A stretch of DNA of 63,906 nt, filler included, from Octopus bimaculoides (lineage: Eukaryota): NCBI RefSeq assembly GCF_001194135.2. It is 7 parts of 6 records of this genome, joined end to end, with 100 filler letters (N's around TTAATTAATTAA, not from the genome) between each part and the next. Parts side by side here need not be neighbours in the genome. Positions count along the whole stretch, not along the records: positions 9,578 to 27,853 come from NC_068982.1; 6 more parts are not named here. One strand, 5' to 3'. The notes beneath the pieces are model-generated. The model was not told where the DNA came from. It saw nothing but the letters and a program-made list of their open reading frames with translations, and made no database searches. The position numbers and the translations under genes are program-made. Positions within the stretch are counted from its first letter, which is position 1, and the number at the start of each line of letters is the position of its first letter. Of the stretch, positions 9,534 to 22,661 are shown piece by piece.

Positions 9534-12399
9534 NNNNNNNNNNNNNNNNNNNNNNNNNNNNNNNNNNNNNNNNNNNNTCTTTTCTGATGTCATATTTATT
9601 CCTGAATGATGTGTAAAGAAATTTTGATTTAAGTCTTTTAATGAATTCTTTATACTGAAATATATATTGAAGAAGATAAATATGTTCATTTGAATTTATA
9701 CGTTTTTCGTCGTAACTCCTTTATTATCATTAATATAACCAAAAGGATCGATTCTTGAAGAGTCTGCATACCTTCACTGTCGTTTTTTTTTTTTGCTATT
9801 TTGGTGATGATTTTTTGAGTTAGCTTTCCAATTATTTTTGTTGGTAGTTAATTTATAATATATTGATATATATATGCATACACAAACACACGCATACACA
9901 CAAACATACACGCACGCAAATGTATGCACTCACACACACACACACATACACACTCACACGCACCTATAAATACAGAATTCACTCTCCAATTTATGCTTCC
10001 TTTTGTAGGATATAATTTTCGTTTAAAGGAAAATTCGATGGTATATCTAACAGATGAGTGTCCCTCATTAGTTTTCTCGCCTGTTTTCTACAGACATAAT
10101 TTTACCACTGCAAATGTAATAGGTACTGCGTAGAATGGGTTGTCAGTTTATGCGATAATTGCAATAAAAAGTAACCAAATATACCATTTGTTTTTTTCAG
10201 TGCAGCTACTATATCAATAAATAGTTTTTTTCTTCTTTTTCTAAAGCATCAAGTGTAATTCTGTACCAGATACATTTTTGTTACAGAAAATAATTGCTGC
10301 ATCACAACAGGTTTATGTTTCTGCTAGCAACCAATCGATCCTAAAAGAATTCTTTAAATTCTATAAGAATATCTAAAAGTAATAATAATTTAAAACCAGT
10401 CAAATAACTCAGCAAATAATAAAAAAAACCTTAAGTAAACTATAAGCACATCATTACATTTTAAAGTAACCAGCTAAATAGGGACTGGGTTAATGAAATA
10501 ATACTCATATTAGAAATGAAGATAATTATAATGCGTTAGCATTCTTGAGTAGCATTCTTAAATTACTATGGCGTTATGGAAATTGTTTGAGATATAATAA
10601 GTAAAGATGATTACTTCAGTAAGAAAATGTTGCATGGAACAAGCAGTATCAAAGAAGCAAGTAATGAGTTAAAAATTACATGTAAGAGAGTAGTATCCAA
10701 CGAAAGTATATAACATGTAGTGTATAAAATATGATAACGTGTAATAAGTGCCCTGTCAGAGGTTTTGAATAAAAAGTATGTAGGTGTACAAAATAAAATT
10801 CGAGACGGGATGAGTGGCAGGTGAGAAAAGGAATCATACACTATGGTCGAGAAAACAGGATATTATTAAGCGGTAAACATTTATATATTAAAATGTCATA
10901 TTACATTAATACTTATTAGATACTAGGCACCATTGCGGTCTATTCGACAAATTATCATAAATCAATATAGTTGTGTTCTTACCACTATTCACTCAAGTGC
11001 AGAAATGACAAATTTTGGTCGTGGAGACCTAATGAGACTAATATATAACAGTAATTTTTGCTCCTGTTTGTCTAGATGAGATGGAATTAATATTAAGACC
11101 GTAAATTAATATTAAAGCTAATGATGCTTCATTAATTTAATATTAGAGCTAATATTAAACTGATATTAAAAACATTGTTTGCTCCTCATCGCATAAGATT
11201 TATTAATTAATATTGACTTTAAACGACAAAATGATAATATTAGCATGACTCTTAAATCAGGAATAACTTCTGCAAAACTATCATTATTTTTATAAAGCTG
11301 CCATTGGAAATAAGTATTTATTTTCGGGAAAACTAAGAGTCACTCATATTGGAATTGATAGTGTATGGCATGAAATTTTGGGGATGAGTTACAATGAAAA
11401 TACGTTCAATTATTTCGTTTGATAATTTGAAGTATTAAAACAATATCCTGTATAATAAAAGCATTTAGCTAGTGCTATTCCAAATTCAACAATGGGTCAC
11501 AATTTCGCGACAATATTAAAAATAATTGCTTAATTAAATATTTGATTCCCGATCTGTTTAGGATCTTAGTTAATTCCTATAGTTTTGTTTTCTCATTAGT
11601 AATAAACTTCGAAATCTCTAAAAATCTTCCCACAAATCGTACTGTTCTGTATCTTCTCGAAGAATAGCAGAAATGTCTTGCCTTTGTGCCGTAGAAATCA
11701 CAAAATGAACGTAATTACTAACAATTATTCTCATGAATTACTATCATTATATAATATACATATTTGTTTGTTTTTCCTTCCACATTTTATGAAGCACACT
11801 TTTTCATAAAAAAAGAAGGAATAAAGAACTACCTTGCTGTTGGTGTTGTTGCTGCTATTATTAATGATGGTCTTGCTCATCGACACAGTTACATGACTTC
11901 CCAACCTATTAGGATTTTAGAAATCTGTTTTTGTTGATTTAATTGTTCTACTTTGATGCTTAATGAACGAGAGCCCTAAGGGAAGAGCAAATAATTATGT
12001 TTAAACTTCTAAACGTAATCTAATTTTTCTTTACATCGGAAAACTTTTCGAAATGGCATCATTTTTGTAGTCCAGTCAGGAAGAGAGGAAGTTGCGAGAA
12101 GTTTATGAAGGCGAAATCAGTTTTCGCAGTCATTTCTTACTACCCAATACTATAAATGTAATTAAAAAAATAGTGAGAGCAGTATCAGTAACATTAGCGA
12201 CTATAACATTAGCCACAAGAACAACAATAGTAACAGCAGAAAGAGCAATGGCATATCAATCAATATTTATTGTCTCATGAAGGACGAATTTGGTTATCAT
12301 CTGAGTCCATGGTGAAAATCGTCTCACCGCCTTTCGAGAGCTCTAAAAATAATGAGGTCTTCCTCTGACTGGTGGTTTTGAGAAAAGGGATTGTGAGAA

Positions 12400-12780
12400 G
12401 GACTATATTGAAAGTTTTGAGGAAAGATAACTCCCTCTTTGTTCAAAGCCGTCATTATTTTATTAACTTTCACTTAAAAGGAAAGTGAGGGTGGAAAATG
12501 AAATGCTACCTGCAGGGAATATGTTAAAAAGTGGAAAAGAGTGGGGAAAATGGCCCGAATTCATGGATCTCCTCTGAGTATGAGTCAGAATATTGAGGAT
12601 GATAGATAAGTGCACGGCACTTACACTGGTGTTCATGTCGGTCAAGAATTTATGGATTTCCAGCTCTGAAAGGACTTACCCGTTAAGAGAATTTCTTTTT
12701 GTTAAACTTGTTATTTTGTTTCTGTTATTTTGCAAGCTTTTTTGTGACACCATTTTATCGTCCTTTATAGTCCCCGACAT
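12400..12780 (-). mobile_element. Probable decayed PLE RT-thumb/linker fragment
   Basis: Frameshifted minus-strand translation gives ALIYHPQYSD...FNIFP...QVAFHFPPSLSF*VKVNK, resembling the PLE linker P-L-x-x-x-Y-H-P ... I-F-P-x-P-P-x-V-A-F-R-x-P-x-x-L. Confidence 0.4.
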
Positions 12781-12811
12781 TTTTGCGAAGATTTAGTGGT
12801 AAAGAGCGGAA

Positions 12812-12840
12812 ATATTATTATTATTATTAGTAGTAGTAGC

Positions 12841-12909
<69 letters not shown>

Positions 12910-12926
12910 GGTGGTGGTGGTGGTGG
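12812..12926. repeat. Compound (ATT)n(TAG)n(GGT)n microsatellite
   Basis: Seen directly. Confidence 0.97.
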
Positions 12927-12971
12927 AATTATTGCCATTGTTACTCAGCAGCTGCTGCTGATGTTTATAAT

Positions 12972-13413
12972 GTGGCTAGCTGGTAAAATGGTTAGTACAT
13001 ATAACCAAATGCTTTACAGCATTTTCTCCACTTTTTCACATTTTGAGTCCAAATTCCAACTTTTTCTTGCAGCCTTTCAGTGTCGCGAAAATAAGTACCG
13101 GAAAAGCGCTGGGATCCACATAACTAACAGATCCCTTCCTTCCAAAGTTCAGGCATTGTGGTTATAGTAGGAATAACAGTACGAAGTATTATTATTATTA
13201 TTATTGCTGTTATTGTTATCTTGACAGAACCGTTAGCGTATCGTATTGAATATTTGGTGGCATTTCCTTCTGCTCTGAGTTTAAATTCCACCGATGCCAA
13301 CTTTCCTTCCTTCGGGGTCGATGAAACATATACCAACTGAACACTGAGATCGATGTAATCAATGTACACCCTCTTTCAAAGTGATTTGCTTTATGTCAAA
13401 ATTTGAAACCATT
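12972..13413 (+). mobile_element. Two tandem diverged SINE family A copies (about 12972-13175 and 13222-13413) separated by (ATT)n
   Basis: Both contain tgag(t)..aaattcc and gtc(g)..aaa..a.tacc blocks; the second ends tgtcaaaatttgaaacca. Confidence 0.65.
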
Positions 13414-15107
13414 GAAAGAGGTGCACTATCAGAATCCGTTTCGTGACGCTAAAATTACCTTTGCCTCTACCTTTAATCCTTTGGAGGTCGAGAATATAGG
13501 CACTACTTGAGTACTGGGTTCTTCGCGAACATCTCCACCCCTAAAATACTGCTGCCTCTGTGCAAAAATTTGAGAGTAATATTATTGTTATACGAAGCTA
13601 ATGGTTTGGTAAAATTATCCTTACCTTCGTACATGTTTTCAGGATATAAATACGCAGCACTTCAATTCACATACTACAATTTCAATTTCGCCTTCATCAT
13701 TTTGGGTTTTACAAAAATAAACGTTTTTCCATATCAAAGTTTGTTTTACTCGATTTTATTTTCTCGCACAATGTGCGACTGTATGGTAATGTTATAGAAT
13801 GTTACACAAAGATAGTGTGTATTGACAATGCTGTTTTGACCGACCCAATTTACCAACAAACGATATTTGAGTATTTAGTAATATGCTTACGTACTAATTT
13901 CAAATACCTCATCTTTCGTCCTTTCGTGACAAATAACGTACAACACTAGTCAAGTACTGGTATTATTTTATTAATAAAAAGTATTGCTAAATCTTTGTAG
14001 AAAATGCCTTGCGACACTTACTAACATTTAAGTTCTGGGTTCAAATTCAACAAGGTTAGACAATAATTTTCGAAATTTCTGAATACAAAAGTGAATATAA
14101 GTAACGTACCGGAGTTGAATGAATCAGATTTCTCTTAAATTAAACAATTAAACTTGTCTTCTGCTAAATTTGAAAAATTATCGATTGTTCTTTATTATTT
14201 ATAAGTGCAATTATTCTTTGAAAGTACAGCATTTATACTTCATAAGATGGTGACACCTTTCTCATCGATTAGACTATAAGTATGCCTAAGGCTGGAAATT
14301 AAAATGAATATTATTTTCAATATATATTTTGATTACCTCTGTGACATACCGTTTGTACTAACATGCTATATATAATTCTATTTCAATGAGTTTAACTCAG
14401 TACACTGTATGTAATTCCATGAATGCTGGAATTTTCAATGGTAAATTCAGCCTGCAAGACATTTGAACTCATACGTAAATGAAAGTAGAAAAAAAGCACA
14501 ACCACGGAAAATAATAATTAAATGATAAAAGGCTATGATGCTAGCTTAAATGTCCACGGTGTCTTTCAATTCAACATTAGAACATACTTCTTTTATGCAA
14601 CAAACCGAAATACAAATTTTCTAGAAAAAATGAGGAACTGTCTCAAATGATATGAAATAAATTCTCTCAAATTAAATATACTGATACAGAATGTTTTATG
14701 TACTTTTTTTCTTGTACTTGCGAAGAAATGTGCATGAATTATAAATATACCAACAATTTTTTAATGATTATGCGAATTTATTGTTACTTATGCGTCCAAT
14801 GCTAAGAATCATTATATTGTTTTGTTTTTATATTTTTAGTGTGAAACTGAATTTTACTAAATAATAAATATCAGAATGTAGTGCATCAATATCTCATTCC
14901 CAAAGAAACAAACAAAAGAAATTCTGTATAATATTGACAGACGCTATTTAAAAAAATTGCTTCTCCATATTTCAAATACCAACAGCGGTTTTATATGTAC
15001 TAACAATATTGTAACACTCATTCTTTGACATTCAGCACATTCTTACATGTGTGTGTGTCCGTGCGCGCGCGTATGTATGATATATATATATATATATATA
15101 TATATAC

Positions 15108-16304
15108 ATGGTGGTTGTCTACTCTTATGCAGAGTTTGACCATTGACCACCTCCTGTACCAACACCTTAGCACCATCATGGCATCTGATGTGGCTTTTGA
15201 AAACAGACAATGTTCTGAAAAGAGACCCACACAGATTGGACCACCAAGAGCCGCAGATAAGTTCTGAGATTTTTATGGATCTTCAAATGTCTGTTGAGGC
15301 CTCCGTTAGATTTGCAAACCTTCTGGCATACACTGCATAGACATATAAGTGGAATAGTTGGTAGATGTTCGTTTTCCATGGGTTCGCAGATGAGATTTCA
15401 GCCCAGCAAAAGACAGGCATGGTCGGTCATAGACTGTGCACACAAAAAGGCCATTGCCATTCACCTTCTAGATCGTTACATTCTTCCTTAGATCTCTTTT
15501 GAGTATTACATGCGTTATCCTGACCTCTTCAAATGCTTTCGCTCCACTCCACACTTTTGTTCGTCATCCAACACGATCCGAAGCAAGGGTTTCTATATTT
15601 TTTTGATCTCGTCCAAGTGATTTCATAGTAGTCCTTATGCCGTCCTTAAACCTTATTTTAGGTTTACGCCTATAGCGTTTCACCTCTGCAAGTTCACCAT
15701 AAAATAGCTGTTTCGGCATGCGTTCATCTGCCATCTCATTTGGTTATTCAAAATCATAGCTTTAGTTGAGGTGATGCCTGAAGATGCAAGGACATCAGTG
15801 TTTGGAGGAAACGAATTCTATTTAATATTTAAAATGCGATGCAGGCATTTGTTGTGGCATTGTTATAACAATTTAAAATGCCTTTCTTTCATAACAAATC
15901 CACGTTTCAGAGGAATACAACAGGTATGGTAAGACAAATAATTTGTAAAGAGCCAGCTTTGTATTCTTATTTATATGTCACTGTCACCAAATGCGTGACT
16001 CCAAGCCACCGAATGCTTTTGCTGCCCTTTGAATTCACAGCTGAATTTCTGTATCAAGATTTCCATCATTTTGAACAGAGCTTCCAAGATAGTCGAACGA
16101 ATCCACAACCTCAAGTAACGCACCCTTAACAAAAATTTTAGTGGGGGTTACAAACAGCACCACACGCAGATTGATGCATTACAACTGTTTTCTTTAAAGT
16201 TGATGGTCAAGCCAAAAGTATCACAAGCCGAGTCAAATGCAGATACAAGGGATTGCGAACCTGTTTCATAATGACTCACAAGATCACAATCGTCAGCGCA
16301 CAGA
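15108..16304 (-). mobile_element. RTE-clade LINE, 3' part (RT catalytic motif to 3' end), decayed
   Basis: Translation gives LCADDCDLV, FGLTINFKKTVVM, EVVDSFDYLGS, KAFGGL, LLYSSETW, DERMPKQLFYGEL, RFKDG, then C2H2 fingers. The 5' side runs into an N gap. Confidence 0.9.
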
Positions 16305-18017
16305 NNNNNNNNNNNNNNNNNNNNNNNNNNNNNNNNNNNNNNNNNNNNNNNNNNNNNNNNNNNNNNNNNNNNNNNNNNNNNNNNNNNNNNNNNNNNNNNN
16401 NNNNNNNNNNNNNNNNNNNNNNNNNNNNNNNNNNNNNNNNNNNNNNNNNNNNNNNNNNNNNNNNNNNNNNNNNNNNAGAGAGAGAGAGAGAGAGAGAGAG
16501 AAAGAAAGAGAGAGAGGGGGAGAGATAAATACCTAGACGTGTAACTTTTACGCTACGTTTATAAAATTACAAATTCACTTTGTGGTATGTAAGTTTTTTA
16601 CTTCGCTTTAGAGAAACAAATGTATAAACACGACTTTTATATTGATAATGTCTAGAGGGTGAAATATGTCGTTAGTTTACAGTCGTTATCAGCTTGTAAG
16701 CAATTATATCTTTTTATGTAACTGACTTGGTTAAGTAATTATATATCCAAATCATTCCCAGTCTATTGAATGTTTTCGAACAATAAATGAAATTAATCAT
16801 GCAGTTATGTAACTGTCCTCCGGCAGATTCGCAAACTAGCAAGGATTGAAATTAATCTCTAATCATATAAATAATATATAATTGTCATAATTTACAAATG
16901 ATTGCGTTGCACATATATTACAGTACATTGCCCAATATTCATTGTTTTCATCATTCATTAGCATTTACAAATATCTAAGCGACTAGTCCATGAAAGTTCA
17001 TAAAAGTTTAGTAACATTTTTACGTTCAACCGAATAGACATTTCTACGACATAGTAACATTCATTGAATTAGAAACCAACAATGGTGTTCTCGTCTACTT
17101 CATAACACGGACGCTAATCAAGTGGCGAATATATGAGACTGTTCAAATAACTATGTCAATAACAGCAGCCTTTTTTGAGGAAATGGTTATGAAGTATTGT
17201 AAGTGAAATATAGAAATTCGTTGAGGTGGATAACTATTTGAACGTATGGAATGAGATAATATATTATTTATAAATAGTCCTGAATTAGTAGCGTACAAAT
17301 ACAGATCATTACCATAAATGATCAGAACCCGAATCTTATTAGTGTGGTGAGTAGACATCATAATTAAACAGTGTATAACATAAGTATCTTCTATGAGATA
17401 AATATTTTGAGAAAACATATCTGTTGTATGAGATACAGAGTTTGCAGCAATATTCTCCCATTTGAGTTATGTGATTTTTTTGTGTATTTAGATATTGCTT
17501 TGAACAACACAGTATACAATATTAGGTATTTTAAATAAATACTTATACCATCAGATAGTTAGTTAAATAAGAGCATACTTCAAGGGTTTGTTTCATCATT
17601 TCATATGGCGCTGTCAACGAAATTTCAGTTTTTCCTGCAAAATAGTGGATTCGTATAACTATTTATCTCCTGTTTTCCACTAATAAGCAGAAGATGTACG
17701 AAACCATACTTTAAGCCTGGAGCGATTTCGATAATCTATTCAAACATCTGCTTCTATGGATTCTGTTTCTTTTTCTTTCCAGTATATTTAAAAGTATAGC
17801 TGCATGCGTAAATACTTGTAAAATGTGAACAGAATATTGTAGTACAGTATATCTCACACACTATATCAATTACTTAATATCCTTAGTGAAATACTTCATA
17901 AAACGCTATAGTATTACTGTTTCGAATACAGTCCTTCCGATGAAGCGTTAAGGCTATTAAAATATCACGTACTGATATATCACTTTTAAAGCAGCTGCAG
18001 TTTGACGAAGAAATAAA

Positions 18018-19331
18018 TAAGGTGTTATCAATAAGTTCCCGGACTAGTTCTTTCACGCACCAACATATGACAGAACACGATTGCGTATGCAGCAAGATCT
18101 AGCAGTGGCCTTCATGAGGCAGTGTACCGAGTGACATCACTTTGTTTGCTTCCCAGGTTGTGAAATTTCCGTGTTGTGATCACGTGTACGCAGTAGTCTG
18201 CGATTTCGTCATGGACAGGAAATTAGAACAAAGAGCCAACGTAAAATTTTGCGTAAACTTAGGAATTCTGCGTCAAAGACATTGAGCATGCTTGGGCAAG
18301 CTTACAGCGACGAAGCAATGTGTCGCATGCAACATTTCGAATGGCGGAGGCGTTTCAAAAGCGGAAAAACGTCTCTGGAAGACGATGAGCTGTCTGTAAG
18401 ATCTGCCACAAGCGTCAACCAGGGAAATATGGAGAAACTTAATGAGTTTGTATATGAGGATTGCCGGAGGATAATTAGCAACATTACTGATGTCATCTGT
18501 TTATCGTATGTGCCTGTGCAGGCAATTCTAACGTCTGATTTGAATATGTGGCGTGTCTCTGCCAAAGTTTCTCACCCGTGTGCTGACCATTGAGCAGAAA
18601 TAGCAACGCACCGATGTCTGTCAAGATCTCGAACAGCGTGCCGCTGATGATCCATCCTTCATACAGAGAATAATTAACTGTAACGAGAGTTGGGTCTACG
18701 GTTACGACCCTAAGACGAAGCAATAGTCGTCGCAATGCAAGAGACTTTCATCTTCAAGACCGAAGAATGCACGACAGAGCCGCAACTCAATCAAGAGCAA
18801 TGTCATCTGTTTTTCGGCATCCATGGTTTTGTGCATCGAGAATTCGTCCCCCAAAGCCACACCATCAATCGAGATTTCTACTGTGACGTTTTGAAGCGTT
18901 TGAGGGAAGACATTCGGTGGAAGTGACCGAATCTGTAAAGCGCGAAGAATTGGATTCTCCACGACAACAGTGCATCTTGTCACCGAGCTCTTCTTAGGCG
19001 TGAGATTTTTGCCAAAGACAACATCGTATCGCGTCCGCACTCACCTTATTCACCAGATTTAGCATCCGAGGAGTTCTATCTTTTGCTCAAGATGAAAATG
19101 CAGCTCAAAGGTCGTCGTTTTAACACAGATGTCAAGATCCAGAGCGAATCATAAAAAGTCCTCGACTCGCTTACGGAAAATGACATCCAGTCCGGATTTG
19201 CAGGAATGTTGAGACCGGTGTATAGCTGAACATGGTGAGTATTTCGAAGGATATGATGTGAAAACTTAGGTAAGTGAGTTAGTTCTGTATTAAACATAAC
19301 TAATCCGTGAACATTTTGATAGTATCTCGTA
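18018..19331 (+). mobile_element. Full-length mariner (Tc1/mariner) transposon with inactivated transposase
   Basis: Imperfect TIRs TAAGGTGTTATCAATAAGTTCCCGGACTAGTT and, as reverse complement, TACGAGATACTATCAAAATGTTCACGGATTAGTT; length about 1.31 kb. ATG at 18211 gives MDRKLEQRANVKFCV, then RRFKSGKTSLEDD, RVSAK, IINCNESWVYGYDPKTKQ*, INRDFYCDVLKRL, WILHDNS and PYSPDLA, with stops and frameshifts. Confidence 0.95.
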
Positions 19332-20578
19332 TTGTTAAAAATAAAAATAGATAAGTATTGAATCATAGACTAAAGTGCTTCTCTCAATTATAATGGTGAT
19401 ACAAATATTTTTTAGTGGCATTACATCTTTTTATATATATTCCTAATTTTGAAGTATTAAATCATACATAAATTTAATGAAATATTTATTTCTACACCAG
19501 ACATTGATCGGTTTGATTTGTTCTTCAGTTTTCTGAAACTTAGAATGTACAAAATTCGAATTCGGAATATATATTGTTAAATAGAATGCATTAACGGTAT
19601 TATGTTAGGTTTATTTATCCGAATGAGATGTTTATACAATAAAGTTTAAGTAAAATTACACATTTAAGGTTGATAATAGAAAACCGATAATGATTAAAAA
19701 AGGGGAGAATATACAAATGAGAAATGCCTGTAGATACAAAATGCAACAGAGAAGAAGAGCGCATAATCTCATTGTAATGAGATTTCAATTATAAGTAAAT
19801 AGCCACTATGTATACGCAGAGAAATATAAAATAAGACTCAGTATATTACTATAATAAACCATGATAGATCCTGGAGAGTATGATTACAGTATATAAATAT
19901 TTGAAACTAAACAGCGAAGTTATTATTCTTCCATATCAGAACCTATAAATTCATTATATATCATGATTATATATTACGCTAATAGTGAATTTATACAAGT
20001 AGAACTAATATAACTATTGTGAATTTTAACATGCACATGACGAGTAATGATTGTATAGATTCCTGTGAACTAGAATCTAATATTCAAAGCTCCCTATAAA
20101 ATCTCCAGGACTAGGTTAAAGACATTATGTTATATAGTGTGGCAGATTTTAAGTTACACTCTTATTAGAAACACGAAAATACCCTTGCAAACGTACACAT
20201 TTCACTAAGAAAATAATGTATATATATTTAAAATTGATTGATCCAGTACAGTATAAATGGTTTATATCTATTTCAATGCTGGCAATACATTCAATACGCA
20301 TACTACAGATATGATTTCACTTAGATTTTCCGAAAATTTCGAAGGCTCTGTCGTCTCCATTTTCTTTCCATGAATTTTTAAAAGCTTTGTCAAATTTTCT
20401 CTCAATTTAACAGCTCTTTCCTAATGTTATGTGACATAATATAGCAATTTGTATNNNNNNNNNNNNNNNNNNNNNNNNNNNNNNNNNNNNNNNNNNNNNN
20501 NNNNNNNNNNNNNNNNNNNNNNNNNNNNNNNNNNNNNNNNNNNNNNNNNNNNNNNNNNNNNNNNNNNNNNNNNNNNNT

Positions 20579-20877
20579 ATATATATATATAGTTTTAGGG
20601 AAAATAACCAATTTTCAAGAACTCATCGATGAAAATCCACTATCACATATAGAAAAATTAATAATTAAAAGCACAATAAATGAGTATAATATAAAGTAAA
20701 GTAAATATCATAATATAAATATAATATTATATTATATTTATCTTATGATATTTACTTTACTTTATATTATACTCATTTATTGTGCTTTTAATTATTAATT
20801 TTTCTATATGTGATAGTGGATTTTCATCGATGAGTTCTTGAAAATTGGTTATTTTCCCTAAAACTATATATATATAT
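20579..20877. repeat. Near-perfect ~300 bp palindrome bounded by (TA)n
   Basis: 20591-20713 is the reverse complement of 20743-20865; a single mismatch (20714/20742) is followed by further pairing to a centre at 20728. Confidence 0.95.
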
Positions 20878-22541
20878 ATATACATACACGTATATATGTA
20901 TACATGTGTGTATATGTATGTGTTAGACTCAACAAGAAAACAAACTGGATAAGCTTGGTTGTCTTCGCATATATCTAATTGCCAGTCGCTGAGGAACATA
21001 CATATATATATAAATACATGTAAAAATATATATATATATATATATATGCAAGTATGTATACATGCATATATATATCAAAAGTTGGTTATTTAGTAACAAC
21101 CACATAATATATTTGCCAACAAAATTTCGTTTACTCAATATACCATGTTTCATGATGATGGAGTCTAAGTTTATAAAATATATCTTGTAGTACGAGTCGT
21201 ACAAACTTGAAAAAGCCAAGTTTATTTTCAACATGCACAATCAGCCAATGACAGACGATGAAAAGTTATAGGAAATGAATGGCATCCAATTATTCAAGCC
21301 AATAACTTGTGAAAGCTATTTTTGTCAACTTAGATGAAGCTCAAGATGGTGAGATGTTGATAAAAAGACTTATGTAAAAACAATTATTGCTCCTTTAAAA
21401 GTACAATAAACCCAAGTTCCGCAGAGAAATCGATAGCATGAATGATTGACTATTGATTACTTTTATAGCTTTTTTAATTTATTGACAAACGATTGGTTGT
21501 TTCTGTTGGACAAAAACGAAATATAAAACTAAAAATACAAAATCTCTATGTGTATCCGTGCTTAAGATTTACGGCCTATTTTTGCGACTTAGTAAAAAAG
21601 AATATTTCACGAAGCTATTAATGTTATCTGGTCTAAGGCAGGAACATATTAGTATTTTTTGGCTGCTTTTGTATTCTTATTCTTGTGTGTAATCATAGTA
21701 CCACAAATCACGGTTTGGCATGAATGACATCTAGTTTTATGTACTTGTACGTATATGCGTCTGAGATATGAACAACAGTTCTTGAAAGTGAGGAAGGATA
21801 TAAATAAGGGTAGGAAGACGAAACAGGATAAAAAGAGGGTAACGATAATCAATAGATATTGAAAATATGGTGTGTTGAATATCTATGAAATAGAATAAAT
21901 TTGAAACAGTATGATATGATTGGTGAAAATACTAAACCAGTCATTTTATGTTCGGTAAGCACAGAAATCCTGTAATTATTTTTATAATTTTCTGTTCTTA
22001 CACTCAGTTATGGTAAACGAAAATTTTGGTATTAAGAAGCCAAAATAAGAGGTGGCGTTGTTTAACCTCAAACAAATATCAATGGAGGAGATTTATGATA
22101 AACATTTCATCCCTTATAATAAAATATTTGTGTATATCTAGAACTATATTTTCCAAAGTGCCCTTTCTTATTTAAGTAAGCAGAGATATTAGATTGTCGT
22201 TTCTATGATTTCAATCATTTGTCTTTTTGATTGGATAGAAAATAAATAAACTTTACCAAAATGAAGGAATTAAAATAATTATACAGGTTTATCTCAATAC
22301 GTAAAATCTTCCGTTATATTTGATCGAAAGTTTCCAAAATAATTGATATTTAAAACTCGGCAGAACACAAGGTACAAACAGTGAAGTTCAACAAGTGAAT
22401 CTCAATTTTCTTGTTCTGTAAAACTTAACATTTCATACAAAATACAAACACCAATCAAAAAGGACCTATGATCTACAATGAGCTGTCAAATGTCCCTTAA
22501 GCAGGTCCACACAAAACAGAGAGAGCGAGTGAGCGAGCATG

Positions 22542-22570
22542 CGAGAGAGAGAGAGAGAGAGAGAGGGAGA

Positions 22571-22658
<88 letters not shown>
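22542..22658. repeat. (GA)n then (TG)n microsatellite
   Basis: Seen directly. Confidence 0.97.

Positions 22659-22661
<3 letters not shown>

Noticed and set aside
9478-9577. Recurrent TTAATTAATTAA islands between N runs, resembling a conserved motif or spacer array
   Set aside because: Fixed 44N+12+44N layout with stops in all frames; an assembler gap placeholder, not biology.
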